Shown: positions 39,953 to 57,755, counted from the first letter of the stretch. The stretch is 64,000 nucleotides of DNA from the human T2T-CHM13v2.0 reference genome, Homo sapiens (GCF_009914755.1 NC_060944.1), one strand, 5' to 3'. Numbers and translations are program-made. Notes: generated by a model from the letters alone, not told the origin.

Positions 39953-40966
39953 GGGGGGCAGTTCCAAGATGGCCGAATAGGAACAGCTCCAGTCTACATC
40001 TCCCAGCATGAGTGATGCAGAAGATGGGTGATTTCTGCATTTTCAACTGAGGTACTGGGTTCATCTCACTGGGGTTCGTCGGACAGTGGGGGCAGGAGAG
40101 TGGGTGCAGCCCACTGAATGTGAGCTGAAGCAGGATGAGGCATCACCTCACCCCGGAAGCACAAGGGGTCAGGGAATTCCTTTTCCTAACAAAGGGAAGG
40201 GGTGACAGATGGCACCTGGAAAATAGGGTCACTCCCACCCTAATACTGTGCTTTTCCAATGGTCTTAGCAAATGGCACACCAGGAAATTATATCCCATGC
40301 CTGGCTCAGAGGGTCCCATGCCCACAGAGCCTCGCTTATTGCTAGTACAGCAGTCTGAGATTGAACTGCAAGGTGGCAGCGAGGCTGGGGGAGGGGCACC
40401 TGCCATTGCTGAGGCTTGAGTAGGTAAACAAAGCTCGAACTGGGTGGAGCTTACCACTGCTCAAGGAGGCCTGCCTGCCTCTGTAGACTCACCACTAGGG
40501 GCAGGGCAGAGCCAAACAAAAGGCAACAGAAACCTCTGCAGACTTAAACGTCCCTGTCTGACAGCTTTGAAGAGAGTAGTGGTTCTCCCAGCACAGAGTT
40601 TGAGATCTGAGAATGAACAGACTGCCGCAAGTGGGTCCCTGACCTCCGAGTAGCCTAACTGGGAGGGACCCCCCAGTAGGGGCAGACTGATACCTCACAT
40701 GGCTGGGTACCCCTCTGAGACGAAGCTTCCAGAGGAACAATCAGGCAGGAACATTTGCTGCTCAGCAATATTCGCTGTTGTGCAACCTCCGCTGCTGATA
40801 CCCAGGCAAACAAGGTCTGGAGTGGACCTCCAGCAAACTCCAACAGACCTGCAGCTGAGGATTCTGACTGTTAGAAGGAAAACTAACAAACAGAAAGGAC
40901 ATCCACACCAAAACCCCATCTGTATGTCACCATCATCAAAGACCAAAGGTAGATAAAACCACAAAG
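39953..40966. promoter_or_regulatory. L1 5' UTR with sense and antisense promoter regions; YY1 site CAAGATGGCC at 39965-39974
   Basis: Position and similarity to the L1PA 5' UTR; many CpGs decayed. Confidence 0.75.
40143..40406 (-). CDS. ORF0: L1 ORF0 homolog, 87 aa, open
   Basis: MAGAPPPASLPPCSSISDCC..GPSEPG..IRVGVTLFSRC matches primate L1 ORF0; ATG in GCAATGG context. Confidence 0.75.
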   Translation of the reverse strand: MAGAPPPASLPPCSSISDCCTSNKRGSVGMGPSEPGMGYNFLVCHLLRPLEKHSIRVGVTLFSRCHLSPLPFVRKRNSLTPCASGVR

Positions 40967-41981
40967 ATGGGGAAAAAACAGAGCAGAAAAGCTGAAAATT
41001 CTAAAAATCAGAGCATCTCTCCCCTTCAAAAGGAATACAGCTCCTCGCCAGCAATGGGACAAAGCTGGATGGAGAATGACTTTGACGACTTGAGAGAAGA
41101 AGGCTTCAGACGATCAAACTCCTCTGAGCTAAAGGAGGAAGTTTGAACCCAATGCAAAGAAGCTAAAAACCTTGAAAAAAGATTAGGCGAATGGCTAACT
41201 AGAATAACTAGTGTAGAGAAGTCCTTAAATGACCTGATGGAGCTGAAAACCATGGCATGAGACTACATGAAGAATGCACAAGCTTCAGTAGCCAATTCCA
41301 TCAACTGGAAGAAAGGGTATCAGAGATGGAAGAACAAATGAATGAAATGAAGTGAGAAGAGAAGTTTAGAGAAAAAGGGTAAAAAGAAATGAACAAAGCC
41401 TCCAAGAAATATGGGACTATGTGAAAAGACCAAATCTATGTCTGATTGGTGTACCTGAAAGTGATGGGGAGAATGGAACCAAGTTGGAAAACACTCTGCA
41501 GGATATTATCCAGGAGAACTTCTCCAACCTAGCAAGGCAGGCCAACATTCAAATTCCAGAAATACAGAGAACACCACAAAGATACTCCTCGAGAAGAGCA
41601 CCTCCAAGACACATAATTCTCAGATTCACCAAAGTTGAAATGAAGGAAAAAATGTTAAGGGCAGCCAGAGAGAAAGGTCGGGTTACTCACAAAGGGAAAC
41701 CCATCAGACTAACAGCGAATCTCTCTGCAGAAACTCTGCAAGCCAGAAGGAAGTGGGGGACAATATTCAACATTCTTAAAGAAAAGAATTTTCAACCCAG
41801 AATTTCATGTCCAGCCAAACTAAGCTTCATAAGTGAAGGAGAAATAAAATCCTTTACAGACAAGCAAATGCTGAGAGATTTTGTCATCACCAGGCCTGCC
41901 CTAAAAGAGCCCCCGAAGGAAGCACTAAACATGGAAAGGAACAACCAGTACCAGTCACTGCAAAAACATGCCAAATTGTAA
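40967..41981 (+). pseudogene. L1 ORF1, disrupted
   Basis: ATGGGGAAAAAACAG start; premature TGA near 41144 and others; C-terminal part open (KRPNL..LQKHAKL). Confidence 0.92.
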
Positions 41982-42044
41982 AGAACATCGATGCTCAGAA
42001 GAAACTGCATCAACTATCGAGCAAAATAAACAGCTAACATCATA

Positions 42045-45850
<3,806 letters not shown>

Positions 45851-47678
45851 AACAATGAGAACACTTGGACACAGGAAGGGGAACATCATACACCAGGGCC
45901 TGCCATGGGGTGGGGGGAGGGGGGAGGGAAAGCATTAGAAGATATACCCAATGTAAATGAAGAGTTAATGGGTGCAGCACACCAATGTGGCACATGTATA
46001 CATATGTAACAAACCTGTACGTCGTGCACATGTACCCCAGAACTTAAGGTATAATAATAAAAAAAAAAAAAGAAAATGAAGACAAGCTGCAGATTGAGAG
46101 AGAATATATGCAAAGGATACATGTGATAAAGGATTGTTATCCAAAACATACAAAGAACTCTTAAACTTAACACTAAGGAAACAAACAACTCATTTAAAAA
46201 ATATGCCAAAGACTGAAACAGACACTTTGACAAAGATATGCAGATGACAAACAAGGATATGAAAAGATACTGCACATCATACGTCATTAGGGAACTGTAA
46301 ATAAGACAATAATGAGACATCACTATTCATTAGAATAAAAATCCAAAACACTGACACCACCAAATATGGCGAGGATGTTGAGCAACAGAAACTCTCATTC
46401 ATTGCTGCTGAGAATGCAGAATGGTACAACTACTTTGCAAGATGGTTTGGTGATTACTTACAAAACTAAACATACTCAACATGGAATTCAGCAGTTGTGA
46501 TCCTAGGTATTTGCCCAAATGAGTTGAAAACTTATGTCTACACTAAAACCTTCACACAGATGTTTATGGAAGCTTTATTCATAATGGCCAAAACTTTGAA
46601 GGAACCAAGATGTCCTTCAGCAAGTGAATGGATAAATAGATTGTGAAACATTCAGACAATGGAATAATATTTAGCACTTAAAAAATGAGCTATTGAGCTG
46701 TGAAAAGACATGAAGGAACCTTAAGTGTATATAGCTAAGTGAAAGAAGCCAATCTGAAAGGGCTACATAGTGAATGATTCCAACTACATGACATTCTGAA
46801 AAAGGTAAAACTATGTGGATAATGAAAAGATCAATGATTGCCAGGGGTTGAGGAGAGGGAGGGATGAATAGATGGAGCACAGATAATTTTTAGGGCAGTG
46901 AAAACTGATCTGTAGAATACTACAGTGTTGGATATATGTCTATTGAATACAAATCTATTGAATATACAGCACCAAGAGTGAACCCCAATGTAAACTATGG
47001 ACTTTGGGTGATAATGATGTATCAGTGTAGGTTCCTGGATTGTAACAAATGTACTGCTTTGGTGGGGGATGTTGATAGTGGAAGAGACTGCGCAGATGTG
47101 GGAGTGAGGGGTGTATAGGAACTCTGTACTTGTCTATTCATTTTTCAGTGAATCTTAAACTTCTCTAAAAATAAAGTTTGTTAAAAAAATAATGTCTCAG
47201 CCCTCTCATTTTAAGTATAGGGCAACTGCTGGCTAATAACTCAGCCTCATACTGTACTGAGAAACTGAAAGCAACTCCTCAGTTGGTAATAGCCTCAAGG
47301 TACCACCCATATATCGGCTGGCATCTGGGCCAAGCCTTTTTTTCTTCTTCCGCTCCTGGGATAGTTTCATGGAAGCCAGCCCCTTCTGACATGGCCTGAA
47401 CCACATCTATTCTCATAGCCTCAGGACCTCCCTCCTTTAGTTGTTCCCTTTCTCCTGAAACAATGCCCTTTTTTCTTTACTAGACCATTCCCATCAGCAG
47501 GTAAACATATTCTAGTATCTTCCATGCAGAAAAGATTTTTCCTGGTCTCATATTTCTCCCGAGCCAGCGCTGGTTCTTCACTCCCTATGTTATAGCTTCT
47601 CAAGGGTTCCATCTGTTCATACTCACCTCTCATTCTCTTGTCAGCTCACTCCATCACTCCATTAAGACTCTACATGGA

Positions 47679-48000
<322 letters not shown>

Positions 48001-49077
48001 TCATAGACACCAAGATCTTTGTGTTTCTAAATTCAACAGCCACTTTCTATTATTCCACATAATCTTAGCAACAGTTGAGCAACCACTCAGCAACTACTGC
48101 CCTCTTCCTGTAATACTTTCTTTCCTTGGTAGATCCCCTACCTCCTTGAGTACTTTTTCCTTATACTCTCCTCTACTCATCCTCCAAATGCTGAAGTGCT
48201 CTTTCCTGGGCACCCTTTCCTTCTTTATCTGCAAACTCTCTGAGTGACAATATTTAGGCCTCAGACTTCAAATCCTCTACATGAAAAGACTCCAAAATTT
48301 CCACCCGCTCCTCTCACCTAAACCCATAAACCCAAATCTTCATGGATGTCTATAGGGAACATGTCTGTAATGGCCCAAACAGAACTCCAGGTGTATTCCC
48401 CCAATCTACCTAGAATATTTATCATTTCATTTCTGCAAACAATATCCAAAATTGATTCATTTTTTGCTAAAGCCAAAAGTCTATGCAACCTCTCTGAATT
48501 CTCTTCTTCTTTCACACCAGTAAGTCTTCCTTTCCTTACATATATAGATATCCTGAATCCTTCACTTCTGTGAATTCTCACTACCTTAGTCCAAGCTTCT
48601 AGAACACTGGAAGAGTCTGTAGTCTCCTAAGGCATATACTGATTCAGTCATTGCTCTGTATGTTTTAATCCCACAGAGACACAAGGAGATTTTTTAAAAG
48701 CATGGATCACATTGCTTTCCTACTTCAGACTTTCCAACAACCATGTCCCATTGCTTAGAATGCAGTCCAAGCACTTATCTGGGTTCACTTACTCTACTTG
48801 GTCTCACCCTTGTCCTCCCTTCTGATCTTGTCTCCAAGTTGCAGCTTCAGCAGCCTACACCACCACAAGCCCGTGCTTGTTTCTAGGCTTAGCACTAGTT
48901 ATTTCCTCACCAAGGAATGCCATTGAACTTGATCTTTGCAGAGTAGGCTTCTTCTTGTTGCTCAGATCTTAGATTAAATGTAAAGTCACCCAAGAGGAAA
49001 TCTGTTCAGAGTGGCTGCCCAAGCATGGCCATTTTGCTCCATCTAAAGTTTCTGGATAGTCTTTTTCATCCCCTCAT

Positions 49078-49131
<54 letters not shown>
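49078..49131. repeat. (CT)n(CA)n microsatellite
   Basis: Directly visible. Confidence 0.95.
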
Positions 49132-49133
<2 letters not shown>

Positions 49134-49369
49134 TTTCCATTACTGTTGGCCTTCTTCACTGCTGTATTTTTGATGCTGAGAAACCTGTCTGGCACACAGT
49201 GTGTGCTCAATAAATGTTTCTGACTGAATAGATAGAAGATACAGTGGAATGACTTGCCCCAAATTGCTCAGCGAGTGGCAGGAAAAATGAAAGAGTCTAC
49301 AACCCTTGACTCTTTGCACATTATGCCATCCCCAAAACAGGAAGATTGTTAGTACTATCGCTTTTTCTG

Positions 49370-49700
49370 AAATATTATTTGGCCTTTAAAAAGAGGGAAA
49401 TTCAGTCATTTGTGACAATGTAGATGAAGCTGGAGGACATTGTGCTAAGTGAAATAAGCCAGGCACAGAAAGACAAAGTCTACGTGATCTCACTTACATG
49501 CAGAATCTAAAAATGTCGAACTCAAAGCAATAGAGAGTAGAATGGTGGCTACCAGAGGTTGGGGGAAGGAATGAGGAGATATTGATCAAAGGGTGCAAAG
49601 TTTCCATTAGAAGGAAAATATGATTTTGGAGTCTATTGCACAGCATGGTAACAATAGTTAATAATAAAGTATATTTTTAAATAATGAAAAGAATACATTT
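49370..49700 (+). mobile_element. L1MA 3' end
   Basis: GCTAAGTGAAATAAGCCAGGCACAGAAAGACAAA..GAGTAGAATGGTGG. Confidence 0.85.
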
Positions 49701-51503
49701 CCAGTGCCATAACTCTTAAAACTCACTGACAAACTCAATTTCAAGTGGTAACTTAGATTTTGATGTTAAAAGAAGTGCAAGACCATATCACAAACCTAGC
49801 AAGTCTAGACTTGCATTTGCAGGTGACTAAGATTTCAGATGATTCCCCCACGTTAGAGATCAAATAAATCTTGATAACATGCCTGTTTGTCCATAAAAAC
49901 TTAGTTTTACATACTAACACTGCCTTTTGTGTATATTTAAACAGAACAAATGGTAATTTATTATGTTCTCCAGAAACTGATTTTGCAACATTGCTAAACT
50001 AGCAGACTGGAGAGATGCTCACAATTCTCAGATGATATGAGTGTTTCTCTGCATGGGCATCAGAGCTGCCACTGCTTGACATTCCAAGAACTTCCCAGCT
50101 ACAGGTTCATCACCTTCTCCTCCCAGGAAAGACATGTGAGATTCTGCACAGAGACAGGAATGTCGTAAGTATAACTTGCTCTGTGCTTTTCCTTTATTTG
50201 AGGCAGGAATTCATTCCCTGGCTGAATGCCATGGGTTACTTATTCTGGGTATTACATTGCACTTTATTAGATACAAATAAAACTTTTATGAAAGTGTTTA
50301 TAGGAGTGAATGCTGGAAGACCCACTTATATCTCACAGGTGCCAAAGAGCCTGAAGTCATGCCAGTGGTGGAGTGCTGATTGGAACAGACTGGGTTTGGA
50401 TGACATCTCTACTCATCTGTAATGGAAGCTGTGTCAAAGTAAACCTTCCTCAGGCACCTGTAGTCTGCCTTGGTTGCTTAGATTTGTTTGTAATTGTTTT
50501 TATCCTTTCACAAATTGTGCAATACTGCTTATCAAGCAATGATTAGTAAATGAACCTGTCATTATTTTATCTCACTGAGTAATATCAGGAGTTATAAAAA
50601 GAAAATATTTCCCAAGCCTTACCCCCACGACTCTAGTATCTACAATTCACTGGCCTTAACACCAGCCTACAGTCCTAAAATGGTATCTGATACTTGTTCA
50701 TCAGCTTCTTCTTTTATTTTTTTTTTCAGATAGGAAAAATTTTGAAAAACTCTGGTGGCCTTTGGGTGATGAAGTTAATGATAATTGCCACCTTTTTTCA
50801 TGAAGTTTCTTGAACTTTGACAACTTTAGGAACAATAATACTGATATTGATAATATGTCATCTTGTTCTCATGTTCTGTGATTCTGAAGGTGAATATATA
50901 TATTATTTTCATTTGACCAGTGAGGAAAATAAGGATGAGGACATAATTTAAACCTGGTCAATTCACAGGCAGGGACAAGGTGGGACTCACAGTCAATTCT
51001 CTGACTTCCAGTCAGAAATCTTGACCCTAAGCGTTTTTCGTACATGAATAGGTTAGATCTATTAATGAGTAGGTAAGGTGAGATGTGGGGTCTATCCTGG
51101 CCTTTTAGGTGCAGGTTGAGTTATCAAATCTATGAGAAAAACCACATCCACTAGAAGTCAGAGAATCTGAATGTGAGTTCCACCCCTGTCCATCTTATTT
51201 ACCAGGTATAAATCATGTTCTCATTCTTATTTTCCCTCAGAAGCAAGAACTGACCACCATGTACATCAGCTGGAACCTTTCTGGAATCCACACAGTGTAA
51301 TAATCCTTAGGAAAAGCTACCTGGGATTCAGCTGTTACAATCAGAAGGCCACGAACACTCAACTGGAACCTTTCATAATCCCAGTAAAAGGAAAGATTCA
51401 GCTCTTGTCCTGATTGCAGACTTTGTGTTGGTATTTTAAAATCTGTATCGGTGAATAATTTCAAATTTTAAATCTACCTACATAGTTGACAAAGACTTTG
51501 GAC

Positions 51504-52080
51504 TGTGATGATTTTAATGTGTATCTATGAATTATTTAATACTCTTTCCTTCGAAGGGTAGAATACATTTTCACTTTTCTTAAGTGTGGGGTAAACTTAA
51601 TGACTCATTTGTAAAAAATAAATTGAAGTATGCATAGAGGTGTCACTTCTAATGCTAGGTCATAAAAGACGTTTTGTTTTCTGCCCTGTTCTGTCTTTCT
51701 CTTTGATCATTCAGGCTGGGGGATGCCAGCTGCCATATTGTGAAGACCCTCAAGCATCCCTGTGGAGAGGTCCCCATGGCACAGAAATGGACTCTCAGCC
51801 CAAAAGCCAACAAAGAACCAAGGCCTCAAGCCAGCAGCCATGGGAATGGGAATGTGCCATCTTGGAAGCCAATCCTGCAGCCCCAGTCAAGCCTTCAGAT
51901 GACAGTAGCCCCAGCCAATATCTTCACTGGATCTTACTGAGAGACTATGTGCCAGCATGACCCTACTAAACAACTCTCAAATTTCTGACCCTCAGAAATT
52001 GTGTGAGATAATAATTGTTTTTTGTTTTAATATGCTAAGCTTTAGGTTTGTTTGTTACTCCAAATTAGACAACTAATTCA
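51504..52080 (+). mobile_element. MLT1E/F MaLR LTR
   Basis: TG..CA ends; GCCCCAGTCAAGCCTTCAGATGAC; TCTGACCCTCAGAAATTGTGTGAGATAATAA. Confidence 0.8.
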
Positions 52081-52967
52081 GAATGCAATATATACACTCA
52101 GCCAGGTCAACTCCTCTGCTTCTTGATGCCTGGGGAGAGTGGAGAGAGTGATGGATCCCCATTATTATTGCACCCAGGGTACACTGGTCTGGGTTTAGAA
52201 TGTCTTGTGCTTTTTCAACCTTCTGTTCCCACATTTCTCAGTAGTATGTATATTAAACTCTCTTCAGTAACCCACTTTGAGTCTGCCATTTTTTCCTGTT
52301 AGGTTCCCACCTGAAGTGGCTGCCATGTAACATCTACACAAACTCCAGCAAGTGGTGGTGGTATCACCTGTGCTGTGAATACCTCCCAGTGCAACCATGC
52401 CTATCACATTGGATGATGCCATTCAGAGCTGCTAGTGTCAGCAAAGCCAGGCTCCAGTGTCACCAGGGTGGTTTGCCTGCATCACAGGTTCTTCGCCGAC
52501 ATCACCAATGGCTGTGCTGCCCAGGCTTTGCTCTCTCCAGTGCTCCTTTGATATTTGCGCGCCCCCCACCTCCTCCTAGGACTCAGAAGTAAGTCATGTG
52601 AGATGTGCGGGAAAGGAGCCAAGAGAAGGGCAATTAGAATCACCCTGAAGCAAATTTGTCTTTCCAGGATGTCCTGCCCAGGGCTTTACTGGGGTCTCAC
52701 ATGAATAGCTCTTGGCAGTGCCCCAGTGCACTAGAAATGCTTATAAATTCCTGAATCCCAATGTGAACAGAGTTTGGGTCAGTCTGGACCCTTGCTTCAT
52801 ACACTTAGAAGTCAACTGAAGTGAAAGATTTAATTTGACTATATTTTGTGATTCATAAGTCATTGCTTCTGTAAAGATTTTGAATCTGATACTCAGAGGC
52901 TAAAATACAAAGAATTTGACACCATCCTGGGATCTTGAGTAGGATGTACATAGAAGACATGATAACA

Positions 52968-53293
<326 letters not shown>

Positions 53294-54999
53294 TCATTTG
53301 ATTCTGGAATCCAAGACCCCACCAGGAGCTGTGATGCGGCCCGGGAGGCTGCTGAGAGTGCCCCTTCTGAAGTCAGGTGCCACCATAGCCTGTCTCGCCC
53401 TGAGCGTCCCTCAACTCCACTTGTCTCCTCCAGCCCTCCACCTCTTGAAGCAAGTGGAAAACCCTTTTCTATTTTTGGAAATGCTTACACAAATGTGTGA
53501 AAGAGTAAAGGATTTTGTCTCAATCCTGGCAAGTCTTCGTCTTTCCGATGCCTATGAGGATGATAAAAAAGTTTCGGGAATAGATGAATTTGTTTACAGA
53601 GAAAGCCCTAAAGACCGGGGTGGTTTTAGATAACATTTCCTAGGGCTATTCAAAGACCCCAGGAGCTTCTCTCCCTTTATTTTTCTTGGTTTCATTTCTG
53701 AAAAATGAAGGCTGTCTTTAAATCCCCCAATACTGTCAGAGACACTAAATCCAAAGAACATTGCTGCATTCTTTGCTTTGCTGTAAGGCTGAGAGATTTT
53801 TTGTCTCAAGATCTTTTGTTGCTTCTTTATTAAACTGGTTAAAGTATAAAACGAGAGAGAGGGGAGAGATTCCTTGAACTTCAGTAGCTGTGGCTTCAAT
53901 TGTAGCTCATGTTGCTTGTTTTTAGTTATTGACAGAAAGCCTTAGTTAGAATATACCAAATCTATTCTTTGAATGTATTATGCTGATGTAGGTCACTGAT
54001 TATCTCCATGCCAGGCACCATGAGAATTTTTCCTTCTCATCTGGCTCCTCGACCTTCCTGAGCCTTCAGCTGGTTGCCCGCCTGCACCTCCAGACCTGAG
54101 CTTCACCACCTTGTCCCCTCTCCTTTTTTGGGGGTTGAGGTGTCTGCTGAGCATTCCTTCTTGGTTCTATTGACTGAATCTCACGCATCTTGCATGTCAG
54201 GGCCTTTCAAGCTCTATGGATGCTGTACTTCCTATTGCATTGCCTTTCTCTTCTTGACCATAGCCCACATCATCATTGCTACACCTGCATTCCTAATGGG
54301 TAACCCACAAAACAGCTTCCCAATGCACTATGGGATACTCTAGGCCCATGGGATAGCTCCTAGAGCCCCCTGGTTGGTCAGAGCTGACCTCATTATCCTG
54401 CTCAATAAACTGATTGTGTGGAGGTGAGTTTTAGGACTCAAGGGCCTCAGCTACACCTTCCATCCTAGTCCTTGACCACTTGCTCAGTGGAGACCACTCC
54501 TTTACCCCAACCAACCACACCTGCTATTGTCTTATCTCCTAAAGCTGACTGCTCTCTTGGGCTCCCCTGGACTGGGTTTTTGTATAGATTCTGTTGCATG
54601 CACCATGAAGAATTACAGTTCCCCTGTCACCCAAGCTCAATCCACTCAGATACCCTGCAGTTCTACTCCAACCCCGGGACTCAGATGGAGCCCAGGGGCT
54701 CAGACTGCACCACGTGATGCAGTGTTTGACTTCCCAGTGGCTTCCTGAAGGAACCAGGTAGCATAACTTGGAGGAGTGAGACAGTTAATACCCGTGGAAA
54801 GGAACTAGAACAGTGAGAGAAAGGTGGAAGGAAGGAGTCATGAAATGAACTTCTCCCACTTTCTGCCCTCAAAGGCCATCTTGAGATGCCCCATACAATA
54901 GCTGGAATATAATGAATACCAGAAATGATTTATTGTGTATCTGACATTTAAATTTAACTGGGCACTCTGTATTTTTATTTGCTAAATCTGGCAGCTCTG

Positions 55000-56150
55000 A
55001 CTAGGGATCAATATCTGCGAAGGGTAGAGGGAGGAAGCAGAATTTGGCCAAGGAAGAACCTGGTCATAATGCAGGGCTGGCAAAGTCCTGGCCACCCCAT
55101 AGGGAGCTCTGGATCCACAGTCCCCCATCAGGGTTGTCAGAATTAGGTCAAAAAAGTCTGCCCTTATGCCCCTGCCTTGCTCCATCACCCTGGGTATGGT
55201 GTGCAAAGCACACCAGGGATGGTGTACAAACCACACTAGGAATGGCCTGACTGGGCCAGGCAGCTCTCAGCAGCTCATGCCAACTTAGAAGAGCCAGTGG
55301 CATCCGATGGCCACACTCTGCAGCTGGGAGCAAGTCCTAACTTGAAGGGGGGTCTTGGCAGCAGATCTATGCACCCACCATGGCTAGTCTCTACTTTGTT
55401 TTCTCCTCAAATTTCTTTCCTATTCAGTCATTTAAATAAAGGAGAGCCCTTGCTCTGATTCTGTGCCTTGCACACCATGAGTCCCCCGCTTCTGTGCTCC
55501 CTATGGACATGCTTCGAGTGCTCCCCTTCTTTCTCCAAGTTATTCGTTTGCCTGTGATGTCTTCCCTGCCAGAGGCTTAAGCTCTTCCACAGGCTGTACT
55601 GTGTCTTTTTCATTTAGAAAAAAAATATGTTGAACACTAATCATGAATCAGGCACTGGGGCACTACTGTGAACAACAGCAACTCATTCAGGCCCACCTTG
55701 AGCTTAGAATTAGCGGCAAGGTGCACTCAGTTTAGACAGGTAGATGTGGTATTATGATGGGTGTCTTAGCCTGGTTTCCTCCAGAAGCAGACCCTGAAAC
55801 AAGAATTTGTTGCATTAAGTTTGTTTAGAAGATGATTAAGGAAACCCTGGTAAGTGAATGAGGAGGTGAAAGGAAAGGGAAGGCAGCCAGCACAGGTGTG
55901 TTATCCAGCAGTGACCACTGAGGGAGGGCACCTGGAGCCCCAGATACCATAAGTCATGAGAGTAATCACACCAAGGAACAACGGAGCTGAGAAACTTGTC
56001 CACCATGCCTGCCAGCTATTGAGGAGATCTGCTGTGTGTGTGTATGCGGGGCAGTTACTAATTTTCTAGCACTTCCAGTTTGGAGTACATGGGCTCTGGC
56101 CACAAGAAAGTCTTCAGATTTATTAGCCATCAGGCTGCTGTGAACGGCAC
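55000..56150 (-). mobile_element. LTR16-like ERVL LTR fragments (about 55000-55380 and 55762-56150) with L2 pieces between
   Basis: TGTCTTAGCCTGGTTTCCTCCAGAAGCAGACCCTGAAACAAG; GGAAGCAGAATTTGGC. Confidence 0.5.
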
Positions 56151-57564
56151 TCAGAAGCCCTGGAGAACTATGAGTGGACCATTAACCACTAACGCTACAA
56201 CTGAGAAGACCAGGACAGGGTGGAGGAGTGCCCAGGCATAACCCAACCTAACGCAGATTAACAGGAGGAGTAGAAGGAAAGGGAGTAGGTTCCAAGAGAA
56301 GATGCAACATGTGAGAAGGCTCAGAGGCAAGACATTGCTGGCCTGTCTAAGGGAAGGGAAGGAGTTCAAGCAACGGCAACATCGATTGCTGGGCAGCACT
56401 GTGGGTGGGGCCAGGGAGTTGAGGGAAACAGATTCTGGGAGGCTTTGAGAGCCGCTTCATGTGTCTCTGAGGCCAGGCTCTCACAGCCATCTGGAGTCCT
56501 TGGCCGACTCAGCTTAAGAGAAGTCTGTTTGCTAAAGGGCCTCAGACAGTGTTGCTGTGTCATGGGATCTATAGCACTACTACCTCAAATTGAACATTCT
56601 AAATAGGGCTTACAAAAATAAAGCATTTCTCCCTTAATATGAGCAACACCACTGTCATTATCACAGAGAAGCCCACTTTGCCCCAAACCCCTGCACTTAA
56701 TTCGAAGGTAAAATTCAGGCCCAGGAGCACCCCTCCAAACTCCTCTGGGCATGTTGAAATGCGCCCTCCAGCATGCAGTTTCTCCCCTACAACGAGGCTC
56801 ATGAGGTCAAATGAGTATCAGCACTGCATTGATCCTACACACCAAAGGCAAATATTTTAACATAAAGAAAAGGACATACGGAGTGAGAAAAACAGTCTGC
56901 AACAGTGCTGGGTTCTGGAGGGCAATGGGAACTGGGCCAGCTCTGACCCCAAAATCCTTACCACCCTAACTAGAATTCCAAAATCATTCCCAAGTAGCAA
57001 TCAAAGTCACCGTCAACCTTAAAGAATTTAGACTGTAGCTCGGGGTCAATGGTAAAGAATCTACAGTGCTGAGAAAAATGTTCTGCTTGTTTATACTCAA
57101 GAAGTTTATTGAAGTCATTGGGCATGGTGATGATGATTTTTTAACGAAAACTACAGAAATTTCTCTCTGTCATATGCAGCTATGTAAGGAGGGACTTGGA
57201 TTCTTTTTTTGCTCAAGGGTCCATCTTGAAGTCCATGGATTGTCCTGCCTCTGCATTGTGTAGGTTTGTCTCAGCTCCCTGGTTTGTAAGCTTGCATGTT
57301 CTCTCCACCAAGGGAGCCTCTGTCCAGGCAGTTTGGTGTGGGTAGAAATACCTGCCCCAGAGCGAAAGTCAGAGGACCTGGGTTCGGGGTCTTCCTTGGT
57401 TGGTTTCTTAGGCCTCAGACATTTATTTCACCCTGGGAAAGTCACTTGGCCTTTCTAAGGCCCAGTTTTCACATCTTTAAAAAAGGGCATGAAATAAGTC
57501 TTCTTTTGCTTTGCTGTTACATATTTGCTCTTGTATAGGTATGTATGTGGTATAGTGCTTGTAA

Positions 57565-57755
57565 CAAGGCAGTGTGGGATGGGAAATAGCATGGACTTTG
57601 AAACCTGAGAGATTTCCTTCAAATCCTACTGCTGAGCTGTGGGTAAGTCACTGAGACTCTTTCAGGTTCAGTTTGTCCCCCTGTCATGGAGAACTGTTGT
57701 GAAGATCAAATAAGATAATAGATGCAAAGTCATCAGGTCAAGTGCTCATAAACAG
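57565..57755 (+). mobile_element. MIR
   Basis: AGCATGGACTTTG..TTCAAATCC..CAGTTTG..GTTGTGAAGATCAAATAAGATAAT. Confidence 0.7.

Noticed and set aside
45907-45928. G-quadruplex motif
   Set aside because: Standard L1PA 3' UTR G tract
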